DNA of 64,000 nucleotides from Phyllobates terribilis (taxonomy: Eukaryota), in the NCBI RefSeq assembly GCF_046119375.1, contig NW_027362768.1, forward strand, positions 163,804,001 to 163,868,000. The letters run 5' to 3'. The notes below the pieces were generated by a model. The model had not been told where the DNA came from. It worked only from the letters and a program-made list of their open reading frames with translations, and searched no databases. Below, piece by piece: positions 37,601-50,084 of the stretch (positions within the stretch are counted from its first letter, which is position 1; each line of letters opens with the position of its first letter). A program made the translations under genes and the position numbers.

Positions 37601-40600
37601 GGTCCCGGGACATCCAGAACTCCTGAACTTGGGGGCTGCAGAGACGCAATAGAAGCCTGAACTTTAATTATACTGCGCATCTCATTTAATAAAGCCCCGT
37701 GCTCCTTTAGCATGAAGGCTCTACATTCAGCACAGACATTTTGTATACGAGTCGGGAAGTCTGATGTTCCAAGAGGTGCCTGGATTGTATTTTACTGTGC
37801 CCCCCACCCACCCCCGTATCCTTTTTTTCAGGAGGTGGTAATTGCCCAGAGACATCCTATAAAAAAAAAAAAATATGGAGGGTCTGGTAAGCGCAAGCTC
37901 CATTAGCCATATAAAAAGGGGTAATGGTACACTTACCCTCCCTGGATCGCCCCACAGCCATGTATCAGGGTGAGACATATCTGCCATTTTGCTGTCAGGG
38001 GTGCCCAAGCTGCAAGCCTGCCTCTGATGCTCCCCAGCCCCCCTTTTTATAACTTACCTGGTCATCCAGTCATTTTCTCCTGCTCCTTGGCGTCTGGTCT
38101 AACCGCGGTTTGAATTTCCCACACGACCGCCACCGGAAGTAGTCATCTCTGGACTTCCGGTTTCGACGCCGGGTGGTCCTGGAGCTGGGAGAAGCCGGAC
38201 CCGCCCAGAGCAGGACGCCGAGAGCCCCGGGGATGGGGAAGCGGCACCCGGAGGCTCCAGCACACCAGAGGGCTGAGGGACTCCCGACAGGGAGTGTCAG
38301 CCCAGGACCCGCTTGACGGCAGGAAGGAGAGAGCCGCGCCCACCTCCCGATCCCTTAAAGGTAAAACTTCTTCTCCAGTGCTCCTGTACTCCCTTGTCCT
38401 GTGTAGGGACCGGAAAAACACTGAGGAGGTTGGGGGTGGTAGGGCTTTTTGGGATTACTCCTCCTCCTACGGTGCGGTCATGGGGATGCACTGGAAAACG
38501 CAGCACTTCCGCAAAATAATTGCTAGTGCTGCGTTTTTTTCCGCAATGATAATCCGCAGCAGAAATTTCCGCAGCATGTGCACAGCACATGCGGATTATC
38601 ATTGGGGAACATGGCAGGCCTTCTACCATACGTTTAAGCGTTTCTGCCGCTGCGGAAACGCTTAAAAAGCGCATCGTGGGCACACAGCCTTAATGTGTTT
38701 TATAGGAGTTTGAGCCAAGGACAGTTAAAACTTTGTATGTAAACCCTTGTCCTAATGGAATTATGGATGAAGAAATTTGTTTGCTAAAAATGTATTAGAA
38801 AAATTGCTTGTATGGTGTACAAAGTAGGCCTCCTAAACAACTTGCTAAAGTTTTTTTTCCTGTAAAAAGTGGTATCACATCAAGATGATACTTGGCTCAA
38901 ACAGTTTGATCTGAGTGTCATTAGAATAATTGGCCCGATTCTCTCACATGAGAGAATCACTCGCGTGACCCCAGCTTTCGAGAAAGTATCAGAAGGAAAC
39001 AGTAGTCACCGTCACCCCTTGCTACTCTCCAGTCCTTGGACGCAAGACTTAAAAGGAAGACTTGTTCACCATTTGGAGAGTTCTCCATGATTTCTTTATC
39101 TAGTTGGTCAAAATAGGAACAGTATGTATAACAAGTGTATAAAGAAATAATATGATAACAGGTGCAAACTCAGAACTAGAACTCAGTTCTTTATAGGTTT
39201 ACTTTATCAAGTTGGGTAATACTCAAGTCTGTTGATCTGAAATCTGGAGGGGATAATTACGAGTTTTAATGACCAACTCAAGCTTATGTAAGCTTACAAC
39301 AAACTGCAGGAGTGCATTTAAAGAGTATGAAGCGAGAGCCGAGCCTCACCTGGACAGGATGTGGTTGTTCCAGCTGAGAGAACCGACACGGGATGAGTGG
39401 CTGACCATATTCCGGAGACGCTTCTGCTGCTGAACATCCCAGAGCTGAGAAAGTATAGGGAGAAATATAAGACACATTCAGACTGCCATGAAAGCAGCAA
39501 TAAGCAACAGACGTGGACTCACCTGTACTTCAGCATTGCTGGTTCCTACTGCGAGATAATTGCCCTCCTTGATCCAAGAGACAGACGACACGTACTCCTC
39601 AGAGTTCTCCATCTGGAGAAGCAGAACGATGTCTCCGCTCAGGTAGTTCCAGAGGTAAACGGAGTCATTCAGTGCTACAGCCAGCAGGTTCTGCGAGCTC
39701 CAATCAATTAGGTTCAAATCTGAAGTGAAGTTAAAGGGTTTGTCCCATCGTTAGATGTATGGCCCCCTTCTCAAACAAAAGTAATGATTTATTATTTTTT
39801 TTAAATTTTGAATGGTAAAATGAAAAAATAAAAAACTTTATAATCATTCAACTTTTAAACACTAGGGGGAGCAGCTGCCGACATTTGCCGTGATCACCTA
39901 TTGTTGTGCCAATTCACATTAGGACTGCAGTAAATGAGCCTGATCTACTCCAGGTGTCAGGTGTACTGAGAGGAGGAGAAGGGAGAATGAAGTTCAGGGC
40001 GGTTTCACACATCCGGATATTTCAGGTACCGGAGATGTCCGTGTGCACCTGTGTGCCGCATCAGGAGCACATGTACTGGTGTTTGGGAATCAGCGGTACA
40101 GTTAGCGTTGATCCCAAGCTCCGGTGCTAAAAGCTGCCCTCATCATTGTCCCTTGCTCGCGCTGTGATCAGCAAGATCAAGGGACAATGTTGGTAGTAGT
40201 CTGCTCCTGGAGTTTCTATGTGTAAAAATAAGATGTCCCCTGCTGAAATCCTCTGACCCCCGACGCTGATGAGAATGAGCCAGACCAGAAAGCGGGGCCC
40301 TGCATGGAGGTCACTGAATGATAGGACACCACTCGCTGAGCGCAGCTCCGGGCCCCGCTCGCTGGAGCTGCTCATGCTCCCCGGTGTCAGAGGATTACAT
40401 CTCCTAACAGACGACTAAGGATTTTACCATTTTATTCTTATGTTTACAAATTGGACACAGAGCAGACTACTCCCAACATTGTCCCTTGCTCGTGCTGATC
40501 ACAGCGCAAACAAGTGACAATGAGGGCAGCTTTCAGCACCAGTCGCTTGGGAACAGTGCTAACTGTATGCCGGTTCCCAGGCACCAATACGTGTCACAAT

Positions 40601-43600
40601 GACGACACACAGATGTCACCCTTGTGTGTTCAGCGTGAGACCTTTTGCGGCCTGTGCAGCATATACACCGCGTGCAGAATTATTAGGCAAATGCGTATTT
40701 TGATCACTTTGATACTTTATACATGTTGTCCTACTCCAAGCTGCATAGGCTTGAGAGCCAACTACCAATTAAGTAAATCTGGTGATGTGCATCTCTGTAA
40801 TGAGGAGGGGTGTTGTCTAATGACATCAACACCCTATATAAGGTGTGCTTAATTATTAGGCAACTTCCTTTCCTTTGGCAAAATGGGTCAGAAGAGAGAT
40901 TTGACGGGCTCTGAAAAGTCTAAAATTGTGAGATGTCTTGCAGAGGGATGCAGCAGTCTTGAAATTTCCAAACTTTTGAAGCGTGATCACCGAACAATCA
41001 AGCGTTTCATGGCAAATAGCCGACAGGGTTGCAAGAAGCGTGTTGGCCAAAAAAGGCGCAAAATAACTGCCCATGAATTGAGGAAAATCAAGCGTGAAGT
41101 TGCCAAGATGCCATTCGCCACCAGTTTTGCCATATTTCAGAGCGGCAACGTTACTGGAGTACCAAAAAGCACAAGGTGTGCGATACTCAGGGACATGGCC
41201 AAGGTAAGGAAGGCTGAAAAACGACCACTTTTGAAAAAGAAACATAAGATAAAATGTCAAGAATGGGTCAATAAATATCTTAAGACTGATTTTTCAAAGG
41301 TTTTATGGACTGATGAAATGAGAGTGACTCTTGATGGGCCAGATGGATGGACCAGAGGCTGGATCAGTAAAGGGCAGAGAGCTCCACTCCGACTCAGACA
41401 CCAGCAAGGTGGAGGTGGGTTACTGGTATGGGATGGTATCATCAAAGATGAACTTGTGGGACCTTTTCGGGTTGAGGATGGAGTGAAGCTCAACTTCCCA
41501 GACCTACTGTCAGTTTCTGGAAGACAACTTCTTCAAGCAGTGGTACAGGAAGAAGTCCGTATCGTTCAAGAAAAACATGATTTTCATGCAGGACAATGCT
41601 CCATCACATGCATACAACTACTCCACAGCGTGGCTGGCCAGTAAAGGTCTCAAAGGAGAAAAAATAATGACATGGCCCCCCTTGTTCACCTGATCTGAAC
41701 CCCATAGAGAACCTGTGGTCCATCATAAAGTGTGAGATCTACAGAGAGGGAAAACAGTACACCTCTCGGAGCAGTGTCTGGGAGGCTGTGGTGGCTGCTG
41801 CACGCAATGTTGATCGAAAACAGATCAAGCAATTGACAATTTATGGACGGAGGCTGCTGAGTGTCATCATAAAGAAAGGTGGCTATAATGATCACTAGTT
41901 TTTTTGGTTTTGCATGTTAGAAATGTTTATTTCTAAATTTTGTGCACTGATATTGGTTTACCTGGTGAAAATAAACAAGTGAGATGGGATTATATTTGTT
42001 TTTTTATTACGTTGCCTAATAATTCTGCACAGTAATAGTTACCTGCACAACCAGATATCCTCCTAAGATAGCCAAATCTAAAAAAAAAAAAACCACTCCA
42101 ACTTCCAAAAATATTAAGCTTGGATATTTATGAGTCTTTTCGGTTGATTGAGAACGTAGATGTTGATCAATAATAAAAATAATCCTGCACACAGTATGTG
42201 CGTGTGCGTATAACATACATACTGTATGTCAGCGTATTTTGCCCAGACACGGTCCGTGGAAACACACTGACATGTGCACATAGATTTGAATGGGTTTCCG
42301 TGTGTCAGTGTCTCCAGTACATGTGGAAACTGTCACCACAAGAACTGGACACTGAAGTGTGAAGAGCCCTTAGGATCACACAGCAGCGCCAGTTTGTAGT
42401 CAACTTCAATGTGATACCAAGATGAGGCCAAACACCGAGGACAGGCGGCAGTGCAGATTTTGATACATGGCACGGAACCGCTCACTGGTCTTTACAGAGA
42501 TCCGAGTGAAGCAATCATATCACTGCGGCTGCAGCACTCCGATCACAGGTCAGCTGACCACACAAAAATTTATTAAATTAAACGTCTATGCAGGCCAATA
42601 CTCTGGAATCGATACATAGCTGAGTGCATCACACATCATGGATTAGATACACAGCTGAGCTGACAACTATTGTGATCTGAGTGCAGCAGTCTTGTCACTG
42701 CATCTGCGGTGCTCAGAAAAAGGTAATCATCTGTGCGCATGGGTCCAGACACCAGAGCTGCAGCAATGATTTTGTCCAGAGAGGTGTACTCCCTGCTGGA
42801 TGAAGTCACCACTGCCGCTGCATTGGAGCGACTTTGCAGACGCAGCAGTAAAGCCTCAGAAAGCACGGATGTCTGAATGAGGCTTCACATGGATTAGGCT
42901 CCGCACAGTCAATGTTCAAAACACAGCAGTGTAACCATTTCACCACTATGCTTTGAACACTAGCACTGACAGTGGTGGCGAGCACAGGTCAGGCAGTCTG
43001 ACCAAGTGTTCCTACAATGTTGCTGACCTGGTCTCTCCACCGCAGCCTTGCTCTTACTGCAGGACTAGAGGCAACTTCTACCAGCGGTGAGAACAGATTG
43101 GTGGTACAATGCCAGGATGCCCGATCGGTGCTCACTTCTGCAGTAATTGTGCTCCTGTCACCGCTGAACACTGCGCGAGCGGCAATAGGTGAAAACTGTA
43201 GCCTCAACTACAGCTGTTAACTAGACAGCCCAGAGGAAGGGGGGAGTTACCAGTTCACAGTATGAAAGATGCGGTGGGACACCAAACAGTCTCCTATGGC
43301 TGCAGTATACAAGTATCATGCTCCGACACTTACACACCACTAAATAAAATAAAAAAGTAGCCCCCAGCAGCTGCAGAAAAAATAAAGAAAGTTGAAAAGT
43401 AAATTGTCTAAAAATAAGTGATAACTAAAGCTTGTAAAGCTCCTTCAGATAGCCTCCCCAGGTCTTAAGTACTAAACTTACAGTAATCATTCCTGATCTC
43501 AGGAGCGTCGAGGACTCTGTCGGGCATGGAGGGGATGTATCGGCTGGCCTTTTTGCAGGATCCAGGAGTTGTTTTCTGACTGTACAGAACCTTCAAGTTG

Positions 43601-46597
43601 TTCTGGTAACCTGAAAAGGAAAAGATTTAATAAAAAGCCAAAACAAAGAAACAACTAAAGTTGAAAGGGGTTCTGCCCCTCCCCCCCTCCCAAATCTAAT
43701 CCCCAATTTCTGGCATGGATTTTTAGAGGGAACCAGTCAGCAGGTTGTCACAATAAAAAACAAAACAAAAAAAAAACTAAGGCCACCACTTTTAATACCT
43801 TTCATATCAGTCTAGCAACCTGTATACAAGTCCCCAGCCTCCTCTGCACTACCCCCCCCCCCCCAAAAAAAAACCCCACTTATAATTCCCCAACATACAG
43901 TGGGGTCTGATGGGTGTCGCTGATCTTGCTCAGTGACTCATCTCTCCCCACAATAGTCGTGTTCCTGCCTTGCTCCATGTGGATGACGTATCCTACGTCA
44001 TCCCCTCAGTGTCCCCAATCTGGCTCCTGCGCAGGTGTACCTCACACTGCTGAGAGTGTAATTGGCATGTGCCAGGAGAGGTCAACATTACAGGGCTTTG
44101 CTCAGCAGTGCAGAGCGGAGTACGCCTGTACAGGAACGAGATTGGGGGACACTGTGTATGACACGTCCTGCTCATCTACACAGCAGGGCAGGAGGACGGC
44201 GACCGACACGAGGAGGAGCTGAGCAAGATCAGAAACCACAGACTGGAGCGCACCACATGGGGACGATTATAAACTGTATTTTTTGGGATATGCAGAGGGG
44301 GTTGAGGACTTCTATACAGGTTGCTAAACTAATAAAAGGCATTAAAAAAGTGGTAGTCTTCGTTTATATTGGGGAAACCCTGGAGACCGGTTCCTTTTAA
44401 AGGGTAATCAAGAGAATCCAAAGAATCAAATTTTCTTTATTAGCGATTCAAGTTTTGATTTGGGTTAAAGGGGTTTTCCAGTCAGATCTCACAAACCTTC
44501 AGGAGCATTGAGCGACTTTCCACCAAGACGTAAGATTTTGGCATCTTCCATATCAAACCCATTCAGGTTGACTGCCCAGGCCTTCTGCTGCTCCTGTTTA
44601 GCACATAGGATAAAAAAAGACGGGTGAGGCCAAGAACAAACGAGGGACCAAGATCTGCCATAAGGAGAGTGCTAGCACCACACCTCCTGGTGTTGAAGAA
44701 GTGCTCCCGACAAGACGTATCCCCTAAATGTGTGTAGCTGTATTAAAATACTTACTTATCGATGGCTGGTTTCCAGAACCGCTTCTCTTCTGACTCATCG
44801 GATCATGCAGGGGTTTGTGTGTGAACCACTTTAACAATGCAAATCTATGGTGCCCCCCCACCCATTTATGTAATCCCCTAGTGATACACCATACAGCCGT
44901 ATTGTCAGCAGCTTGGGGGTGTTATGGCCCCATATTATTCCTATAGAAGTCAGTGCACTGGGTCAACAATATCAGCAAATACCAATTTATTCATGTAATG
45001 GGATATTCCACTTACAATAAGTCATCACATATGGGACCACCGTTCCGCGTGAGTATAAATGCCCCCGTGCTGGGTGGTTTATCCTCTGGCTACTGTAGTA
45101 CCATAGAGAACGAATGGAGCAACGCGGCAACATGTATTTACGGCTGATTTATGCAGACGAAGAACAAAAGAATCCTGTTCTGGAGATTAGTGGTGGTGGG
45201 ATCTCTGGTCGGATGCCCACCGATCTAGACAATCACCTAATCTGGGGCTCTGGTCTTCTGTCCTGGTGACTGCAATATTAGGGGGACGACTAACTAGTAA
45301 CCATAATTTACGGTGCTTTGGGGTATATTACCTATATACCATTACATATTTTCAGTGCACTTTCTTCCATTGAGACCTATATTTTTGTCACATTATGTAA
45401 TACATTACACACATATAACTCCGGTATTGTTTCTGGTTGTAGTCCTTCTTAATCATATGCGCATCTCCTCCACCCCCCCCCACCCCCCAAAAAAAAACCT
45501 CTTGGCTAATTGCTATACATTGATTTGGAGTGACAGCCACCCCCATTCTTGGACCATAATATGGTGTAGGTGGACTCACTGCAAAAATGTACCTAGTGAA
45601 TATATTGCTATTTATCACCTATTCTGTAGACATGCGATACATCCAATTACCGGAAAACCCCTTCAAAGTCCACGAGATCCCCAGTAACAACAACAACAAA
45701 AAAAAAAAAGTGGCAGACGCAATAATCACCTTTTTTGTGGGGGACTGGTCAGTCGGCTCATTCTCCTTAGTGAGCAGGAAGCTGGCCACATCCATCTGCA
45801 TGGCACTGCGGTTGGGAATAAAGCGATCGCCTCCAGCTCGTGACGGCGTACCCTGCAGCTTCCCCTGCGATTTGCCTGGACAGACAATTTGCTGTTACAG
45901 TTAGCAGATAAACCTCCAAAGCCGGCCAAACACATCAGATTAGATGGCGGTAAGCCTAGCAATGCTGATGGCAGACAATCGTCAGAAGCAATCTCTCCCA
46001 TACACAGGAGCGTTTGTTCCTTCTGAGAAAGTCACCGACTAACATCCCCCGGCAGCTTATCTCTGGGAGAACAAAGATAGACAGTCCGAAAACAGATATG
46101 TCCGATCGTTCTCTTCCCTGACGATCAAAATGGCCAGCGCACCATACATGTTACACCCCCAGCCGAACCCATCGATATCAGTCTAATCTGTACGAGATGG
46201 GTGGGGGGGCTCAGTTCTGCCCATTAAGTGAATAAATCAAATAAATTTGCAAAAGCATCTCTGCAGAAAGTGAACAAGCAGGGAGTGCTGGGGGCTTTCA
46301 GATGGTAAAGATGCAGAATTGCGACTGCACAAACATCTGATTGATGTCCTAATATTCATGAGGGGGTGCCCAGTATAGAGAAGCCGCACCTGGGGTTTTT
46401 GATGGCGTCTTGCTGGAGCTGTGGGATCGGTTTGCCGCCTTCATAGGAGACACGATACTGGAGTTCACCGACGTGTTTGCTGACGAGCAGGCTCCCTCCT
46501 TCGCCTTGCGCTGCCATCGCGCCAGCGGAGCGTTTGTGATCGGCGTATCCAGCTTTAGAATGCTGTTCAGGTCGTTCTCAAACACAAATTGTGCCAT
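29379..46597 (-). CDS. CDC20: Cell division cycle 20 (fizzy), APC/C co-activator; complement(join(46390-46597,45730-45875,44497-44593,43482-43610,39523-39719,39350-39444,31184-31415,29821-29946,29633-29750,29379-29554)), 1524 nt, 507 aa
   Basis: Ten GT-AG-bounded exons in frame. [17 protein letters not shown]..., C-box DRFIPNR, KEN box (LTKENE), Mad2-interacting KILR, RYIPS, WD40 repeats ([60 protein letters not shown]) and the C-terminal IR tail. Confidence 0.98.
30293..31156 (-). mobile_element. Internally deleted Tc1 remnant in CDC20 intron
   Basis: CACTGCTCAAA terminus (minus) at 31156. Fragments [21 protein letters not shown]-like and LNPIGHIWD. Confidence 0.75.
32060..32540 (-). mobile_element. 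Fragmented Tc1 transposase remnant (boundaries approximate)
   Basis: Degenerate Tc1 coding segments (ARKKPLL-, GGSIMLW- and [10 protein letters not shown]-like). Confidence 0.5.
32975..38690. mobile_element. Host MITE of the DIRS element (AGGCTATGTGCCCACGATGC ... GCATCGTGGGCACACAGCCT)
   Basis: Matching terminal inverted repeats. The two halves align to a second copy at about 47810-48363 in CDC20 intron 1. Confidence 0.8.
33352..38497 (-). mobile_element. DIRS1-type tyrosine-recombinase retrotransposon, decayed, with ITRs and ICR, in the CDC20 intron between coding exons 6 and 7
   Basis: Inverted terminal repeats at about 33352-33485 and 38380-38497. Internal complementary region at about 33575-33665 complementary to both ends. 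gag remnants at 37.7-36.6 kb, RT/RH at 36.3-35.0 kb, methyltransferase remnant ([19 protein letters not shown]) at about 34.9 kb, YR with AHSTRA...CKHY at 33.9-33.7 kb. Confidence 0.92.
39996..42370. mobile_element. Fold-back MITE of the same family, split by the Tc1 at 40666-42194
   Basis: AGGGC..TTTCACAC / GTGTGAAGAGCCCT ends. Co-linear with 1-914. Confidence 0.8.
40666..42194 (+). mobile_element. Tc1-family transposon with long IR/DR-type ends and a frameshifted transposase (40883-41898), inserted in a MITE in CDC20 intron
   Basis: TA-flanked ends ..GTGCAGAATTATTAGGCAA, with internal copies at about 40848 and 42012. MGQKRDLT...WTDEMR...FMQDNAPSH...[11 protein letters not shown] with frameshifts near 41497 and 41680. 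Confidence 0.92.
43727..44400. mobile_element. T2-type MITE with internal inverted arms, in CDC20 intron
   Basis: AGGGAACCAGTC / GACCGGTTCCTTTTAA ends. Inverted arms at about 43790-43850 and 44290-44355. Confidence 0.6.
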
Positions 46598-47809
46598 AAG
46601 TGTCTAATCTGCAGGACAGGAACGAGATAATTAATGGGGATGAACTTCAATGACCAAAAGAACAAATGTATCCAAGACATGGAGGGCACCATATGTGAGA
46701 CCCCAAGAACCATCTCCTTTGATTAGCTGGCCTGGCACACATGTGATATTGCATCAGGCTGACCAATCAAAAGAAGAGCTCCAGATTCAATGATGTAGGA
46801 GGCTGCGGTCAGGGCCCCAATCCGGCTGTCAGATTACTGACGTGGCTGCTGCACTAGGTCCTCCTTATCTATTCACTCCAAATCTAGTAAATATTACAAA
46901 TGAGTGACTACAGATTGATTATATCACAGCACCCCTTTAAAGGGAATCTGTTACCCCCCAAAATGCCTTTTAAATTAACTATACAGTGCTATAGGGGACT
47001 TCAGTACAGCGACTGATTTTTTTCATTATATATAGGTGTGACATGCAGAAGTAGTGCTGTTGCTTCAAAAGGATCCAGCAACTATAAGAGTTAACAGTCA
47101 CAAGAGACAGGGAGTGTTTAGCAGAGCCCCAGGGAGATTGTGGGGAACTTGTTTATTAATCCAGCTGGAGCCCAAGAGAAAGGTGGTGTATGATCTGTAT
47201 CTCTCAGAAGGCAAGTGAACAGAATTCTGGTCAGAGACTCCCTGAACTAACAGTGCAGAGTATTATCGGCCTGGAAGATAAGGACTGGAAGGAATCATCT
47301 CCCTCATCAACCCCCCCCCCCCTAACAGGATAAATAATGCTGTGTATTATTGTGTCCTTGTGAAGGAAAAACCTGTGGTTGTGCATGCATAAAAGTGTGC
47401 TGCTAAGATCTAATCTGTGCTGAATTATGCTACTGTAGAGATGGACATTACTGTTCCTGCTTTAATAGTCTGTTGCTTCAAAGAGTTAAATGGTACTGGC
47501 GGTACTTGATTAAACTCCCCTGTTCAACTGTTTATGAAGACTCTTGTCAGACATGTCTGGTTAGCAACTGAATCTAATGTGTGCCTGAGAGAAGCTGCAG
47601 CCTATGGTCGTCCTGAGTAACGGAAACCTGTCTCGCCCTATCTGAACCTAATGGTGTATGTGTAACATAGGGGCCTGTTACTGATACCGATCTTGAGAAT
47701 ACATCTTAGCTCCTATGCAAATTAAGGGCTTCTGTGCCCCTTTGGCATAGTCAATGCTCAGTGCATCTTATACACTGCCTCATTTTGCATCTTGAGGACT
47801 TTCCCAGCT

Positions 47810-48363
47810 GAAAAATCTATACTTACCTTCCGATGGCCCCCGGTGTCTTGCTTCGCTCAGTCCTGGCTGCCGGCAGTACACTGAAGGACCTGCCGACGTC
47901 CGCATCGCGTGACCCGTCACATGACTATGATGTCAGCGCAGGTCCTTCAGTCCACAGCGATCTGCCGGCATGGGAGAACGAGCGCAGCGGGGGCCATCAG
48001 AAGGTAAATAACTTTATTTTTTTTTAGTTTCTATGGTACCCGGGTCTGGAGGAGAGTCTCCTCTCCTCCAGACCCAGGTACCATCCGCACATTGGAACGC
48101 ATGGATTACGCATCTACATATACAGTGATGCGTAATCCATGCAGTCTAACGCAAGTCAATGGCGGCAAAAACGCAGCGCTTCCGCAAAATAATTGGTAGT
48201 GCTGCGTTTTTTTCCGCAATGATAATCCGCAGCGGAAATTTCCACAGCATGTGCACAGCACATGCGGATTATCATTGGGGAACATGGCAGGCCTTCTACC
48301 ATGCGTTTAAGCATTTCTGCCGCTGCGGAAACGCTTAAAAAACGTATCGTGGGCACACAGCCT
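47810..48363. mobile_element. Second, left-truncated copy of the same MITE
   Basis: 48167-48363 is nearly identical to 38497-38690, and 47812-47935 is similar to 33245-33351. Confidence 0.8.
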
Positions 48364-48532
48364 AAGTCTCCACACCAAGGCTGCACTGAAGACCCCTCAT
48401 TTGCATAAGCATTGAGTGATTTTTCTCTGGCACTGAAATAATAGCACCAGGAGGATTTTGCAGTCCCCTATAGCACTGCATGGTTACTTTAAAAGTAATT
48501 GGGGGCGTATATTTCCTTTAATGAAAACACAG

Positions 48533-48565
<33 letters not shown>

Positions 48566-48861
48566 TTAGATATCTCTATCTCCTGGCCAACCCCCACCCC
48601 CCCCAGCTAATATTTGTAATAGTGTACACCCCAACCACCACAAGATGGTTTACTGCCGCCCCACCAAAAGTAATGGGCCCCGAGTCTCTAATTGGCTGCC
48701 GGTATAACTTACATACAGAAGCCATTGGGCTCCATTAGTGGGTGACAAAGGCCATGCATGAGAGCGGACACCTCCATTACCAGCAGCTGCCCTTTACATG
48801 GGGGCACCACCGCTCAGCACCCCGTTACACCCGGGGTTACCGGCCGCAGCCCCGCACTCAC

Positions 48862-48930
48862 CTCTGGCACTGAGTAACCACAGACACAAGTCAGCAGCTA
48901 GTAACGGTCACACGCCGGGCGCAGCTTGTT
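48862..48930 (-). other. CDC20: Probable non-coding exon 1 of CDC20 (TSS approximate)
   Basis: Strong donor CCAGAG|GTGAGT at 48862/48861 directly downstream of the CHR/CCAAT cluster. The first coding exon has an acceptor at 46608, 11 nt before the ATG. Confidence 0.7.
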
Positions 48931-49160
48931 TTAAAACCCACCCGCCGCGGCTCCTGATTGGACGCTCGGCTCTGAGTGACTCCATGGCAACCACCAGACA
49001 GGAAAAAAAAAGCTTCAGGAAGCGCCAAACCTTGCGTTCTGATTGGACGAAGCGTACCTAGTGCCAGGCGGTGATTGGTTCAAAAACGACCAAAGGGAAG
49101 TGACGTCACGGGAAGTAACCAAACCACCATATTTGTTGAGGGTGAGCAGTTGCTAGGAGA
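48929..49160. promoter_or_regulatory. CDC20 G2/M-type promoter: CHR, three CCAAT boxes, ETS-CRE composite and RFX-like half sites
   Basis: CHR-type TTTAAA at 48930-48935 and TTTGAA (minus) at 49079-49084. CCAAT (ATTGG on +) at 48957, 49042 and 49074, the last two 32 bp apart. GGAAGTGACGTCAC at 49096-49109 and a second GGAAGT at 49111. CCATGGCAAC at 48982-48991 and GTTGCTAGG near 49149. CpG-rich. Confidence 0.85.
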
Positions 49161-50025
49161 AGATGCTGCCTGATTCTGTGCGGCTCAGGTCGTCAGGGTG
49201 GGCATTAAAGTGTATGGTGTTTTCATAGAAGCTTTAGCCTAGGAATTATAGTCATTCTGGATGACTTTTAAGAAAAGCTTTGAAGGGGTCATCCTGAGAT
49301 ATTTTTTTACCTCAGTATATGTGATTTAGTGCATGTTTATACCTGGCCTTAAAGGGGTTGTCTAGATGTACTTGACAGTCGATTCATCCGTGGTTGCAGC
49401 AGCCATTGTATTTTTGTGAGATAAGCTGTCATTTTTTTTTTTAAGTGTCATTTTGACAAACATGTCTGTAAGGCCGTGTTCACATGTAGCGTAAATGCTG
49501 AAATATTCTTTTTTATGCATTTTGGTGCTTTTTTTTCACTTTAAGCTTCTATGGGGAGTCTGAAAAAAAATTGCAAGTAATAAAAAAAAAAACACTGTTA
49601 CATTTTTAAGTGCAGAATCAAAGATTTTCTGTACTATAAAAACACATTAAAAACGCTGCTTCACATCTGTAGCAAAAACGCATCAAATAAGTAGGAAAAG
49701 GCATAAAAGTGCAGCAAAAGCGCAATCATCAGCGATTGTTATTGCGTAGTTTTGTGAGGACACCTGCAGGTTCGAAAAACTTAAAAGCTGCATTTTTTCT
49801 GCTGCTTTTTATCTTGACGTTTTGTGCTAAAAAAAAGTAGTGTTTATGCTAAGTGTGAACACGGCCTCAGCGTTAAATTTCTATTACTTTTCCGCTTTAA
49901 TGGAGAGAGAAAATCTTGTCATTTTTTATGCCATTTACCAATCACTGTAAATAATCTGTTCACTGTATTATTTGGGTTGGTACAATTACAGAGATATCAG
50001 ATATCTCCCATGTTGTTTGCTGATT

Positions 50026-50028
<3 letters not shown>

Positions 50029-50068
<40 letters not shown>
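50029..50068. repeat. (TA)n microsatellite
   Basis: About 20 TA units. Confidence 0.95.
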
Positions 50069-50075
<7 letters not shown>

Positions 50076-50084
50076 TTATGGGAA

